Shown here one piece after another: positions 50,266 to 62,315 of a stretch of DNA of 64,000 bases. Under the pieces are notes generated by a model, which was not told where the DNA came from, did not search any database, and saw only the letters and a list, made by a program, of their open reading frames with translations. Location of the stretch: NCBI GenBank assembly GCA_951406725.2, contig OX597831.1:69564001-69628000 (forward strand), read 5' to 3'. Origin of the DNA: Octopus vulgaris (taxonomy: Eukaryota). Position numbers and translations under genes: made by a program. Position 1 is the stretch's first letter. Each line of letters begins with the position of its first letter.

Positions 50266-51000
50266 TTGGATGAGCGAAGACTAAGCTTAACGGTAGCTGA
50301 TACAATTCTGTGGTCAGAGCCGACAGAACTAAAGGAAGAGTAGGATCTCGAGTCTTTAACACTATTGCGCCATTTCTTTCGAAAGATGAGGTAGTCAATT
50401 TGTGCCCTATCACCAAGTGGGGACTCAAATGTCCAAAGTTGACCTTTTGGTTTCATAAAAGAATTGTTGGAGGTGTAGAGATTAAATTCCTCCAAGAAGT
50501 CTTTGAGCATTTCTCCGTTCCGATTAGTTTTAGAGTTGAAAGTAAACTTGGTCTCATCGGGTCCTAGTCTAGCATTCAGATCACCAGCTATAACTAGAAA
50601 ATTATGGAGAGGTACTTGCTCAATGGTTGAACGAAGGGTTGCATAAAAATTCTCAATCTCGTCTGCCACAGACGAATTATGTGGGCTATACACACATACC
50701 AATGTTGTTTTCGGGTTTCCATCTATCTCAAGCACCATAATTCTAGGTGAGATTGACTCTATACTCAAGAGAGTATCACTAGCTTTTGATGAAAGTAGAA
50801 ATCCGATACCTCCAACTGTTGAATTAACAGTATTCTTTGATGCTGAGGAGGTTACAAGTTGATAAGAACCGACTTGATGGTATTTGAGGATGTTGTCAGG
50901 GTGGTAAAATCGGTGTTCTTGGACAGCTATTATATCAATGCCATGTGATTCTGCATTTGCACCAAGTTCTTCTAGATGGCCAAGAGAGCCGAGGGTGCGG
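50266..51000 (-). CDS. LINE apurinic-like endonuclease domain (open frame, N-terminal lesion near 51005)
   Basis: Reads RTLGSLGHLEEL...IDIIAVQEHR...GGIGFLLS...SPRIM...VYSPHN...GDLNARLG...QIDYL...SDHRIV without stops. Confidence 0.88.
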
Positions 51001-51149
51001 GATACTCAAGTATCGCATGATTTTTACAGCTGATGAGGTGTTTGTTTGGTGTTGTTTGGTTGGGAGCTGACTCTTCTCCATCAGGTGATACCCATCTGTT
51101 AAGATTGAGGGCATCACCGTCAATGGATGCCCTTGGAGGTGCAACGTGA

Positions 51150-51565
51150 TCAGAGACAGGACCCGGCAAAGCAGGGGCTGGACCTACATCCGCAGGTATA
51201 CCATTAGGTCTGGTTCCATGGGGAAGAGGAACCCTGGTGCAGTTAATTGTAAATTCCATAGGTGTAGCAGGGCTTCCCTTTTCCTGGTCCTGAATGTCCT
51301 CAGAGTCCAACCAACCACTCGCCTGCACAGTGTTGTCATCTTGGTAATATGCACATGGAATGTTGCATCATTGCTCATGTGAAACCCCAGCTCACACACC
51401 GACTCTGACTCTGGGATCATACTACCTTCTGGTCCAGTGCATTCCAATTTAAGCATGGTGCTGGACCAATAGCGGAGTGCCTGAAATTTCATAGCATGAA
51501 CTGCATGTTATTTTTGTTAGCCCATTTGTAGATTTTGTTCAGGTCTTTCTGCGGTTTTATGATGT
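51150..51565 (-). mobile_element. CR1/L2-like LINE RT C-terminal fragment
   Basis: KDL..IYKWA..N.MQF..MKFQ.L.Y...ELG..MSND..F..HI......VGW.LRTF.TR. Confidence 0.75.
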
Positions 51566-51639
51566 CCTCTGGACACAAAGACACACACACATGTGTGCAT
51601 GCATATGCATACATGCATGTGCATGCACACGTACACAAC

Positions 51640-51800
51640 TAGCTTCCACACAGCTCCCATCAATTAAATTCACTCACAAGCTATTGGTCAACCCAAAGCC
51701 GTAGTAGAATACATTCAACATGTAGTGAATTAAGACTGGATCCAAATCCACATGGTCACTAAGCAAATTTCGTAACCACATAACCATGCCTGTGCCTATA
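51640..51800 (-). mobile_element. Degenerate SINE family A head
   Basis: aaattcactcacaagctattggtcaaccc...cacatggtc...gtaaccacataaccatgcctgtgcctat. Confidence 0.6.
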
Positions 51801-52269
51801 TAATAAATAAATAAATATAATAAAAAATAATGGTAAGAATATATTCTATATAATTCCCTTTGGAAGAATTTGAATAGATCATGGTGAGTTGTCTAAATAA
51901 TATCTTATACTATCATTCAGATTACAGTGATGTTAATGAGATAGAGAATGTTAAATGCTAAATTCAGTACAGCCATAATCAAAATAATACTGAGAAGATT
52001 AAGATTACATACACGTGTATGTATATTTATGTGTGTGAGTTCATATATTTGTGTGTGTGAGTGGGAAGTGTCAGTGTATTTATATATATATATATATATA
52101 TTCTATGTACTTTCCATTAATAGAAGTAAAGCAAAAGAAAAACAGTCCCCAATGTATCATAAGTGAATAAGTGTATTGAGTTATTAGAATCTTTAGTAGA
52201 AATACAATATTACAGGTGTTGCTTTTGCAGTTGAAAGAACTGCTTGTTGGAAGCAGGTGTAATATTATA

Positions 52270-52288
52270 TCTCTAAAACACTGTGAAC

Positions 52289-52339
<51 letters not shown>

Positions 52340-52610
52340 TGTGAATGTATGTGAGTGTAAACACATGCACATATATGTGAGAGTGAATGTATGTGTGTGT
52401 AAACATGTACACACACATGTATGTATATATGTCTCCCTCTCTCTCCCTCTCTCTATCTATCTATATATATATATATATATATATATACAGGCACAATATA
52501 TATATCTATCTCTATCAATCTATCTTCATATGTGTATATATATATATATATTATATACACACACAATATATATCTATCTCTATCAATCTATCTTCACATG
52601 TATATATTGC
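52270..52610. repeat. Compound (TG)/(GA)/(TA) microsatellite with two ~70-bp tandem units
   Basis: cacaatatata..tctatctctatcaatctatcttca present twice. Confidence 0.85.
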
Positions 52611-52854
52611 GTGTATGTTTATTTGCCACTTAATTATTGGCACTAGTTTATCTTTGTATAATCAATGGTTTATACCATACTCTCTTCCAATTTTAGATGT
52701 GGCAAGTGTGAAGTGAATAAGTGACAGTAAATTAAGCACAGACTGAATGTAGATGAAACTTATTTGAACTTATATGATATGTCATGCAAACGCCCATGTA
52801 AACCTTCTTTACAGATACAGAATGCTGTCCCCCATCACTGTGGAATGCTGTCCC

Positions 52855-53300
52855 CCATCACTTAGAGCTGGCACACTCAACATGGGCACATTGAAAGGGA
52901 GTCCTTGGGAGATTGTTGAGATGCTGGAACAGAGGTTTGTGATGCATCCAAGAAGTAAGATGGAGGGGAGCTTCTACCAGGTTCCTCACTGGCAAAGAAC
53001 ATAGCTATAAAATCTTCTGGGTAACAAATAGTGATGATGTTTGTGGTGTGGATATACTTGCTGAGAAATGGGTAGTTAAGGCAATGGAGGTAGTCAGAGT
53101 GTGTGATAAGATACCTAAGCTTAGACTGGTTTTGCAAAGTGGGACAGCAAGTATTATTTTTGCCTACACCTCTCAATTGGGGCTACCAGATGAACAGAAA
53201 GACTGATTTTATACTACCTTTTGCAGACGACCTTGCTGACAAATGACAATGACCATCTCTTCATGGCCGGTGACTTCACTGGACATGTTGGGCAGCACCG
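52855..53300 (+). mobile_element. Decayed RTE-like APE endonuclease fragment
   Basis: LRAGTLNMGTLKG...EIVEML.QR, QEVRW, YK.FW and AGDF.GHVG remnants. Confidence 0.8.
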
Positions 53301-55725
53301 GTTAGTTTCATGAAAGCACATCAGCAAATGGATTTCACTAGACAAAAGACTCAATTCATTTCTGTTTGATAAACCACAATAACGGCAAAATATCAGTATC
53401 TACCTCTTTTGAATTCAATGCAAGGTGAGTTGTCTCCCCTGGTCTATGACATTCAGGTGTTCTCTAACACTCAATGTTGTCTAGCGAGCTATTCCAGATG
53501 CTATTCCACAGCAAAGTCAGCATATAAACAAAACACATACACTGTGTATGAGAAGTTGATAATATTTACTTTACTACTGTTGCTTTCAATTTATAATTTA
53601 ATATATATATATTGTTTGTTCATTTCCTTTTGTATTCATTTTCCTAAGTGTGCATGGATATGTATTATTGGAGTAGAGGTACGGACTTCACTGCTGGGCA
53701 TCCTCCCTGTCTTTAAACCTATCAAAAAAGGTATTTTATTTCATTTGTCTTTGAAGGCAGAGATAATACATTAAAATGACAGCCATGTAACAATCCATAC
53801 CAAAGGGATTTTCAGAGGAGCACAAATGCAAACACATAGACACATAAATGCATCCAGACCCACACACATACAAACACAAACACACATGACACACATGCAC
53901 ATAATGGGCTTCTTTCAGTATCTATCTAACACATTCATTTACAAAGCTTCAGTCTGCCTGGCACTAGAGTAGAAGACACTTGCCTAATGCACCACAGAAG
54001 CACTCTAAATAATAATGGTGTCCGGTACCTAGTAGTGCTATTTTCTGTCCTGGAGATTTGATTCTTTTTATCATATCTTTATAAACAGTATATTACTGCT
54101 TGAAAACATAAATATGAAATCTATGTTTTCACAATTAATTCTCTACATCTCCACAGTGTTTTCTTTTAAAAGTTTTTTGATAATGTCCTTTATTACCATT
54201 ATCCTCGTAGGAAATATAAATAAGAGTTTTAATTCCTTCTTTCATTATTTCATTATTGCTATTATTGAAATAGTTTATTTACGAAAGAAACCATACAGAG
54301 AGAGGGAGAGAGACTGACAGACAGATAACTTCTAAGACGATCAACTTAGCATCATGATGACCACTCCCTTATTCCCACTACTATTTTCCATTAGGTGCGT
54401 CAGGATCTTCCCCTTTGGCTGCTAAAGTGCAGGGCCAGCTTTGTAATTCTCTTGTGCTCAGACAGCATGACTTCCTTCCCTTCCCCCATTTGCTAGAACC
54501 TTCTCATTGTACCCATAACCTCACCTTATTTTTCTTCTTCTCTTAAAAGTAAGAAGAAAACACCCTGGAAAAAAATTTGCTGGAGAGTACTGGATTTTAA
54601 AAATTTGTCAGAAGAGGTGGAACCGCTTGAAGTATACCTAATGGAGGGAACATCTTTTGAAGTGGACAGTTATACAGGAAAAGCAACAGGTCTTACTTGT
54701 AACACATGTTTACGTCTTAGCAATCCATCAAAAATTAACCCACTGTCAGTGGTACACACAACTTTTACATGATATTCAGAACTTTATGGAACTTAATTTC
54801 AAATGATAGCTGTGTAGTGTTTGAAAATAAATAAGCAATTTCGTTATTTACATAATTTTCTCATAAAATGTATATCATTGTACTAGGCTTTATCTAGTTT
54901 TATTGATTCTCTATCTTTCTTATTGGTGTTATATACTGCCTAACCGTAACATTCACATAATACAGAATCTATTATATAAATATTAAGTGAAAATATTTGT
55001 GTTCATTTGGGATAGAGACTTCCCAGATTGATTATCAGTTCACAGTGGAACCTTATCAATATGCTTTCTGACTGAAAGTTATCTCTTGCTTTAAAGTGAC
55101 CATTCTTATTGACAAACTATTTGTATTTGTTACAAGCATTCGGCTGCATCAATAGATTGCTAACAGTGAATGAAGCAGAAACACACATTGACAAAAGAAT
55201 AATGAAGCTATTACATCTATGTTACATCAGTTGTTTCATATGATACTTCATGTTCAGTATGACACTGCATATAAACAAAATAAATAAACAAAGGGACATT
55301 TGGGATGAAACAGCTTCACAGTTTGTAGCTCAATGGCTAAAGTAACATTAATATAAAATGATTCTCCTAGCTTCATTATAACTGCTGTGAGATAGAGGCT
55401 TCTAATCAATAACACTGCCAGCCATTCCAGGAAGCTTGGGTTTTCTAACAATGTTAAGCTTAAATAATTACATGCCATTGTGTTCGCACATGTACAACAC
55501 GAGGAAATAATGTATGGGTCATTTCACATTTAATCCCTTTAAAGGTTAAAAATTGACAAACGTGCACCAGATCAGAATTAATGCTTTGCAATTAAAATAT
55601 TTTCACTTATCAATTTCAAATCCTGTTGATGTTTACAGTAGGTTACAGCTTTCTGGAACATGTAAATATATTGAAATATATATTGAAATTCTGTCTTTAA
55701 TTATATATACTTTTGATGAGACATA

Positions 55726-55941
55726 ACTCTTTACTCTTTACTCTTTTACTTGTTTCAGTCATTTGACTGCGGCCATGCTGGAGCACTGCCTTTAGTCGAG
55801 CAAATCGACCCTGGGACTTATTCTTTGTAAGCCCAGTACTTATTCTAACGGTCTCTTTTGCCGAACCGCTAAGTGATGGGGACATAAACACACCAGCTTT
55901 GGTTGTCAAGCAATGCTAGGGGAACAAACACAGACACACAA

Positions 55942-55988
<47 letters not shown>

Positions 55989-56159
55989 GATATATACGAC
56001 AGGCTTCTTTCAGTTTCCGTCTACCAAATCCACTCACAATGCATTGGTCGGCCCGGGGCTATAGCAGAAGACACTTGCCCAAGATGCCACGCAGTGGGAC
56101 TGAACCTGGAACAATGTGGTTGGTTAGCAAGCTACTTACCACACAGCCACTCCTGCGCC
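55726..56159 (-). mobile_element. SINE family A
   Basis: Homology to the other copies. Confidence 0.93.
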
Positions 56160-56510
56160 ATAACTGTTGCATATTAGAAGTATATTACAAGCATATAATA
56201 TATTAGTTGTCCTAATAAAGCCCAGAACATGCTTGCTACTTATTTTATTGGAATGAGAAGGATGAAGATGGAGTTATGTTAACTTAAGCAGGATTTCAAC
56301 TTAGGATGTAGACAGCAGAATAAAAATGCAAAACAAAGCAGCATCTATTTGAGTGCAATGTGGTCTTGAATTCAAAACTCAGTAACATATTTTATTAATT
56401 CCCCCCATTCCCTTTTAACACTTAGGTATAATTCTCACTTCCTGCTAATTTTAAACCCTTATGTCTTGAAATAACTTCTCACATCATACACAAGTATGAT
56501 ACACAAGTAT

Positions 56511-56915
56511 AGGCGCAGGAGTGGCTGTGTGGTAAGTAGCTTGTTTACCAACCACATGGTTCCGGGTTCAGTCCCACTGCGTGGCATCTTGGGCAAGTGT
56601 CTTCTACTATAGCCCCGGGCCGACCAATGCCTTGTGAGTGGATTTGGTAGACGGAAACTAGAAGCCTGTCGTATATATGCATATATATATAAGTATGTGT
56701 GTGATTGTGTGTCTGTGTTTGTCCCCCTAGCATTGCTTGACAACCGATGCTGGTGTGTTTAAGTCCCTGTTACTTAGTGGTTTGGCAAAGGAGACCGATA
56801 GAATAAGTACTGGGCTTACAAAGAATAAGTCCCAGGGTCGATTTGCTCGACTAAAGGCAGTGCTCCAGCATGGCCGCAGTCAAATGACTGAAACAAGTAA
56901 AAGAATAAAAAGAGT
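56511..56915 (+). mobile_element. SINE family A
   Basis: Homology to the other copies. Confidence 0.93.
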
Positions 56916-57172
56916 AGGTAAATATGCTGATATATATAATGGCTATTACTAATGTTGATAATGGGATTCATGTTGTGCCAGTTGTAAGCTGAATTATTGG
57001 GAAGAATTCATGAATACCACGCAGAACAAACCATACTTTTATCCCAGTTAGAATCATTTCCAGTACTAAGTGTCATTTGGTTTATATTCTTGTTGCTTAC
57101 CCGACATGAGTTCTGAATGAGCAAATCTGTGAGCAAAACATGATGGCCATGACTATTTCACATTGTTTTCAT

Positions 57173-57524
57173 TGGTTCCAGGTTCAGTCCCACTGCATAG
57201 CACTTGGGCAAATGTCTTCTACTATAGCCTCGGGCTGACCAAAGCCTTGTGAGTGGATTTGGTAGACAGAAACTGAAAGAAGCCCGTCGTATAACGTATA
57301 TGTGTGTGTATGCATGTCTGTGTTTGTCCTCCCACCATCACTTGAGAACCGATGTTGGTGTGTTTATGTCCCCGTAACTTAACAGTTAGGCAAAAAAAAA
57401 AACTGATAGAATAAGTACTGGGCTTACAAAGAATAAGTCCTGGGGTCGATTTTTTTCAAATAAAAGGTGGTGCTCCAGCATGGCCGCAGTCAAACGACTG
57501 AAATAAGTAAAAGAGTAAAAGAGT
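57173..57524 (+). mobile_element. SINE family A, 5'-truncated
   Basis: Homology to the other copies. Confidence 0.9.
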
Positions 57525-57586
57525 AATCTAGGGTTACATTCATTATTTACATTCGACGGATATTTGTCCTCATCTTGTTTGTTGTT

Positions 57587-57632
57587 AACACAACATTTCG
57601 GCTGATATACCCTCCAGCCTTCATCAGATGTC
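57587..57632 (-). ncRNA. Candidate minimal hammerhead ribozyme in a short repeat next to (TTA)n
   Basis: Reverse complement gacat-CTGATGA-a-ggctg gagggtatat cagcc-GAAA-tgTT-gtgtt. Confidence 0.55.
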
Positions 57633-57679
57633 TTGGGGAAATTTTGAACCTGGGTTCTCACTCCTAAAGTATTTTTCAA

Positions 57680-57681
<2 letters not shown>

Positions 57682-57731
<50 letters not shown>
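57682..57731. repeat. (TTA)n microsatellite
   Basis: Direct reading. Confidence 0.95.
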
Positions 57732-57733
57732 GT

Positions 57734-58030
57734 GGAGGCGCAATGGCCTAGTGGTTAGGGCAGCGGACTCGCGGTCACAGGATCGCGGTTTCGATTCCCA
57801 GACCGGGCGTTGTGAGTGTTTATTGAGCGAAAACACCTAAAAATAAGCTCCACGAGGCTCCGGCAAGGGGTGGTGGTGATCCCTGCTGTACTCTTTCACC
57901 ACTCTCTCTTCTGTTGGCCTGCTTGCTTAGCCAGCGGGGTGGTGTCATTCGAAGGCTAAAACAATGCGAACGCATTGTGACCAGCGATGTGTAACAACAT
58001 CTGATGGTCTGGTCGGTCACGTGATCACAT
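57734..58030 (+). mobile_element. tRNA-headed SINE, family C, tail type 2
   Basis: ggaggcgcaaTGGCCTAGTGGttagggcagcggactcgcggtcacaggatcgcGGTTTCGATTCCcagaccgg; first ~165 bp shared with 28590-28753. Confidence 0.88.
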
Positions 58031-58507
58031 GATTATTATTATTAACCACCACACCACGGGCATATATTTCATTTTCATGTATCTAGAATTACATTGTTTG
58101 ATTGACTTTTAAGCTGGTAGTGTATGCATCAGTGTCATTTCTTATAGGCTAAGTAATCTCATAGCGACTTCCTAATTAGCTTGTATTATTTGCTTGTGTA
58201 GGGTATTGCATTGTAGTCTGGATTGCTTTGAAGATCATTTGAAGATAATGGTGGTAGTTGGGGGAGGAGTAATGAGAATGATAACAATGGTCACTACCAA
58301 CAATCATCTTCATCATCATCCTCATCATAGTCACTCCCGCCTCCCCCCCCCCCCCCGTTTTGCACTTTGTTTCAATGTCAACCTAATACATTCCCTGTGT
58401 ATGCCCTTTTGAGTTTTGTTGTTTACCTGTGTTTGTTTTTATTTTTGCTTTTATTTTTGATTTGCTCATTACTGGAATCTACTGATACATGAATGTTGTA
58501 TGTTGTA

Positions 58508-58914
58508 TACTCTTTTACTCTTTTACTTGTTTCAGTCATTTGACTGCAGCCATGCTGGAGCACCGCCTTTAGTCGAGCAAATAGACCCCGGGACTTATTC
58601 TTTTGTAAGCCCAGTACTTATTCTATCGGTCTCCTTTGCCGAACCGCTAAGTGACGGGGTCGTAAACACACCAGCATCGGTTGTCAAGCAATGCTAGGGG
58701 GGGGCAAACACAGACACACAAACACACACATATATATATATTTACATACATATATACGACAGGCTTCTTTCAGTTTCCGTCTACCAAATCCACTCACAAG
58801 GCATTGGTCGGCCCGGGGCTATAGCAGAAGACACTTGCCCAAGATGCCACACAGTGGGACTGAACCCGGAACCATGTGGTTGGTAAACAAGCTACTTACC
58901 ACACAGCCACTCCT
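58508..58914 (-). mobile_element. SINE family A
   Basis: Homology to the other copies. Confidence 0.93.
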
Positions 58915-59524
58915 GTTTAAATATTTATTTGACAATTATGTAGTCTGGAGAAATGCAGTTTTATGTCCTTATTAAACAACTGCAAGTTGACAGCTGTCTA
59001 AAAGATAGGGGTGGGAGATAATTCCAGCAGATTCTCAAAGTAGGGGAGCAGAACTGGATCTTTAGTGACCTGGGGATTGGGGATTACCATTAAAGCAGTT
59101 ACAAGCACCACTGCTATCACAACCTTCACTGCCGTTTCTGCTGGTTTTCTCACTTTTCAGAGTATCTTATCACTGATCTCAGTCATCACAAGCAGTATTA
59201 TTGCCATTAATATTTAAACTTCTGAAATGAATTACCATAATTAAAATTTTCCTGGCTGATAATACATTTATTTTATGTATCCAGTTTATTTCCAGGCATT
59301 CAGTGAATATCAAATGTACCAGGATAGATTTCTAACTTTTATTTGTAAACAGAATGTGTTAATGTCCTAATCCACTAAGACACTACCATATACACAATAA
59401 TTAGTGTATTTAAAGTTATTTATGAATCCAGTTTTCACAATAATGTCAAATGCATTAAGTTCATTACAGTGCCCATAGTAACCTCTTAATTACTGGATTA
59501 TGAATGAGTGCAAGAGTTATGAAT

Positions 59525-60147
59525 GAGTGCCAAGAGCATCGCCTAAACATCTTTCACCTGTGCTGCCTCCGGAAAATCCTTCACATAAAATGGCAGAATC
59601 ATGTCCCCAACAAAGATGTCCTCAGGCAAGCAGGAATACCAAGCATGTTTGCACTCCTCACACAAAGACATATGAGATGGCTTGGGCATGTTAGCCATAT
59701 GAAAGATGGCAGAATCCCCAAGGACATACTCTACGGAGAGCTTGCTAGGGGTACTAGGTCTGTAGGAAGACTGTTCTTACGTTACAAGGATGTTTGCAAA
59801 AGGGATATGAAGGCCTGCAACATCAATTTAGCAATTGGGAAGCAGTTGCCAGCAACCGTGGAGATTGGCGACGTACCGTATAAGAGGGAATACAAAGGAG
59901 TGACAGAGAGAGAGAGAGAGAGAGAAGAAATGGAAAGACAAGAAAAGATGTCAACAAGAAACTATGACATTACAACTAGCCAGGCAAAGTCTTTGCTACA
60001 TTTGCGGCACCTGCCAAAGGTAGTGTTTGTCCAGGAGAGGACTACACAGCCACAGCAGGAAATGTATTAGGGCATAAAATGTAAAAGCTGGACTAGATTA
60101 TTTTATGCACAACTCCATTGTCTCCCGAGACAAAAAGGATGCCAACA
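59525..60147 (+). mobile_element. RTE (BovB-like) LINE 3' fragment
   Basis: RLNIFHLCCLRKIL.IKWQ.HV.N.DVL..A..PS...L...RWLGHV..M.DGRIPK.ILYGEL..G.R..GR...RYKD; terminal C2H2-like remnant and gtctcccgagac hairpin. Confidence 0.9.
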
Positions 60148-60475
60148 TATGAATGAGCATCATTACTCACATGTATTTCCTTTTCTTGCCTGAGTTTCTA
60201 CAGTGTTTCTTTATATATAATGGAAATCTCTTTCCACAATGTTTAGGATTCCCATCTTGAAGCATGTGTTTAGCCATTTCTGATTTTGACATTTCTCCTT
60301 TTGTTAGAATTTCATCTATTATGACTATTAATGACTAATTTCTTCTTTGTGTGACTTTCCACAAATGCATGAAATATAATAAATGCAGTTCTTTAGTTTT
60401 CAACACTTGTGACTCAGTTTTACTCTAAGAAAGAATCTGAAGCATCTTGGATTTTGTTCTGATATATTTCCCAAA

Positions 60476-60791
60476 AGGCAGCGAGTTGGCAGAAATGTTA
60501 GCAGGCTGGGCGAATTGCGTAGCCGTCTTTTGTCTACCGTTACGTTCTGAGTTCAAATTCCGCCGAGGTCGACCTTGCCTTTCATCCTTTCGGAGTCGAT
60601 TAAATAAGTACCAGTTACACACTGGAGTCGATATAATCGACTTAATCCGTTTGTCTGTCCTTGTTTGTCCCCTCTGTGTTTAGCCCTTTGTTGGTAGTAA
60701 AGAAATAGGTATTTCGTCAGTCGTTACGTTCTGAGTTCAAATTCCGCCGAGGTCGACTTTGCCTTTCATCCTTTCGGGGAAATAAAGAAAT
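60476..60791 (+). mobile_element. SINE family B with an extra partial unit, 14-bp TSD
   Basis: TSD atatatttcccaaa at 60462-60475 and 60792-60805; segment 60709-60780 repeats roughly 60525-60595. Confidence 0.92.
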
Positions 60792-62274
60792 ATATATTTC
60801 CCAAATTCTCTGTCTTCCTTTTTAGTTAAGACCCTTGTGGTGAGGTAGAGACTCAGTGGGTTCTAGCTTAGTTTCCTCTCCATACTTGTCTTATATGATT
60901 GACTATATATTTGTTTCTGAGGAATGTTTTCTTAAAGTACATAGCTGCTGTACTTTATATATTCATATTCACTGGCACAGATATTTTGTCTTATATTTAG
61001 GCATCTTGGAATGTCATTCTTGTTATTGCACTCTACATGTGATGAAACTTATAGTCAAACTAAAAACATGTTGCTGTTGATTTACACTGTCAAATACTTA
61101 AATAATGATTTCCAAATAGCGCCCCATTATACATTGGTATGATCCAAAACACCAAAACACAGCTAAGTCTACTGTGAAAATAATACAATTATATTCAAAA
61201 ATGTGCAAAAATACAAACAGAGATTCAAAATATAACATCTTGATAAATATATTTCATTTATTGAATAAAGAAGTAAGTATTTAATCTTTGTAAGTGGTTT
61301 AAATTCTTTATATATACTATAAATATCTTTGTTAAATATATATTTTGACTTCATGCACAAAGTGCACCAAAATATTTTTATTTGGTCTTAAGTGCACTCA
61401 GCTTTAGTACCATTTTACAAGAAGACTGTATATGAGTTCAAAGGTGTAATACTTGATTATGACTCTAGATTGGTTTGACTGAAATATTGCATAAATGGGA
61501 ATATGAAAGTAAACGATAATAGATGTTTATCTCAATTTATTTTGTAGTAGAAATAACTGTGAAATATATTTCCCTGAAATAGTTGCTAGAAAGTTCCCAT
61601 ACATTTATTAATTGATATCATTAAATAATATTATTTTGGTCTTGTATGTTATTTAATTCATTAAATATTAAGTATGGTGAAGCAGCCCTTATAGTCGAAA
61701 TAATCTATAGAGTTGAAGATAACTTTTTCTTCTGATTTTGGCATAAGGTCAATTTTTCACAAGACTGGATATAATTATTTAATCACACTCATCACAATAT
61801 ATTACAGGCACTTTGTTATTGACTCCAAAGATAAGGAAGGTAAAATCAGTCCCAATGGAGTCTGAGCTCATTTTGTTTAGAGATAAAACCATATACTATA
61901 TGGCCTTTAGTCAGATGGGTGCTAACTCATTACCCTTGTACACTTATAATAGCGATTTCTTTATTTGAAGCATGGCCAATTTTTGTAAAGAAAAGTTTAG
62001 TAGACTAAATTCACTTAATCATTAGTTCTTGTGTCCCCTCTCCAAAGAGAAGAAAAACAAAGCTGACTTAGCAGAATTTAATTGCAGAATTTTGGACAGT
62101 ACACCTAACTGGTCACTTGATTTAATGTTGCCACCTTGCACTTGGATGCCTTTAGAAAAGTATGATGTCTTGCAAACATTTGAATCAGTTACTTGGAGTG
62201 AGAATAACATCCTCCCATCAGTCTCAAAGGCTCTGAAAACTATCAGGATGATACAATTTTTTCTCTGGTCAGGT

Positions 62275-62315
<41 letters not shown>

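Larger units (their letters stand above)
48117..51145 (-). mobile_element. Near full-length single-ORF non-LTR retrotransposon (RTE-like, APE endonuclease + RT) with (TGA)n tail
   Basis: EN motifs IDIIAVQEHR, VYSPHN, GDLNA and IDY..SDH; RT motifs PKKG..YRGISL, QNGFR, VDFSKAFDSV, GILQGDTLAP, FADD and YLG; stop codon directly followed by tgataatgatgatgatg. Confidence 0.95.

Noticed and set aside
54600-54770. Possible coding exon (open stretch SEEVEPLEVYLMEG..)
   Set aside because: Short, with no convincing splice sites or recognisable homology
57734-57810. Functional tRNA gene
   Set aside because: The cloverleaf is imperfect and continues into a SINE body shared with 28382-28753
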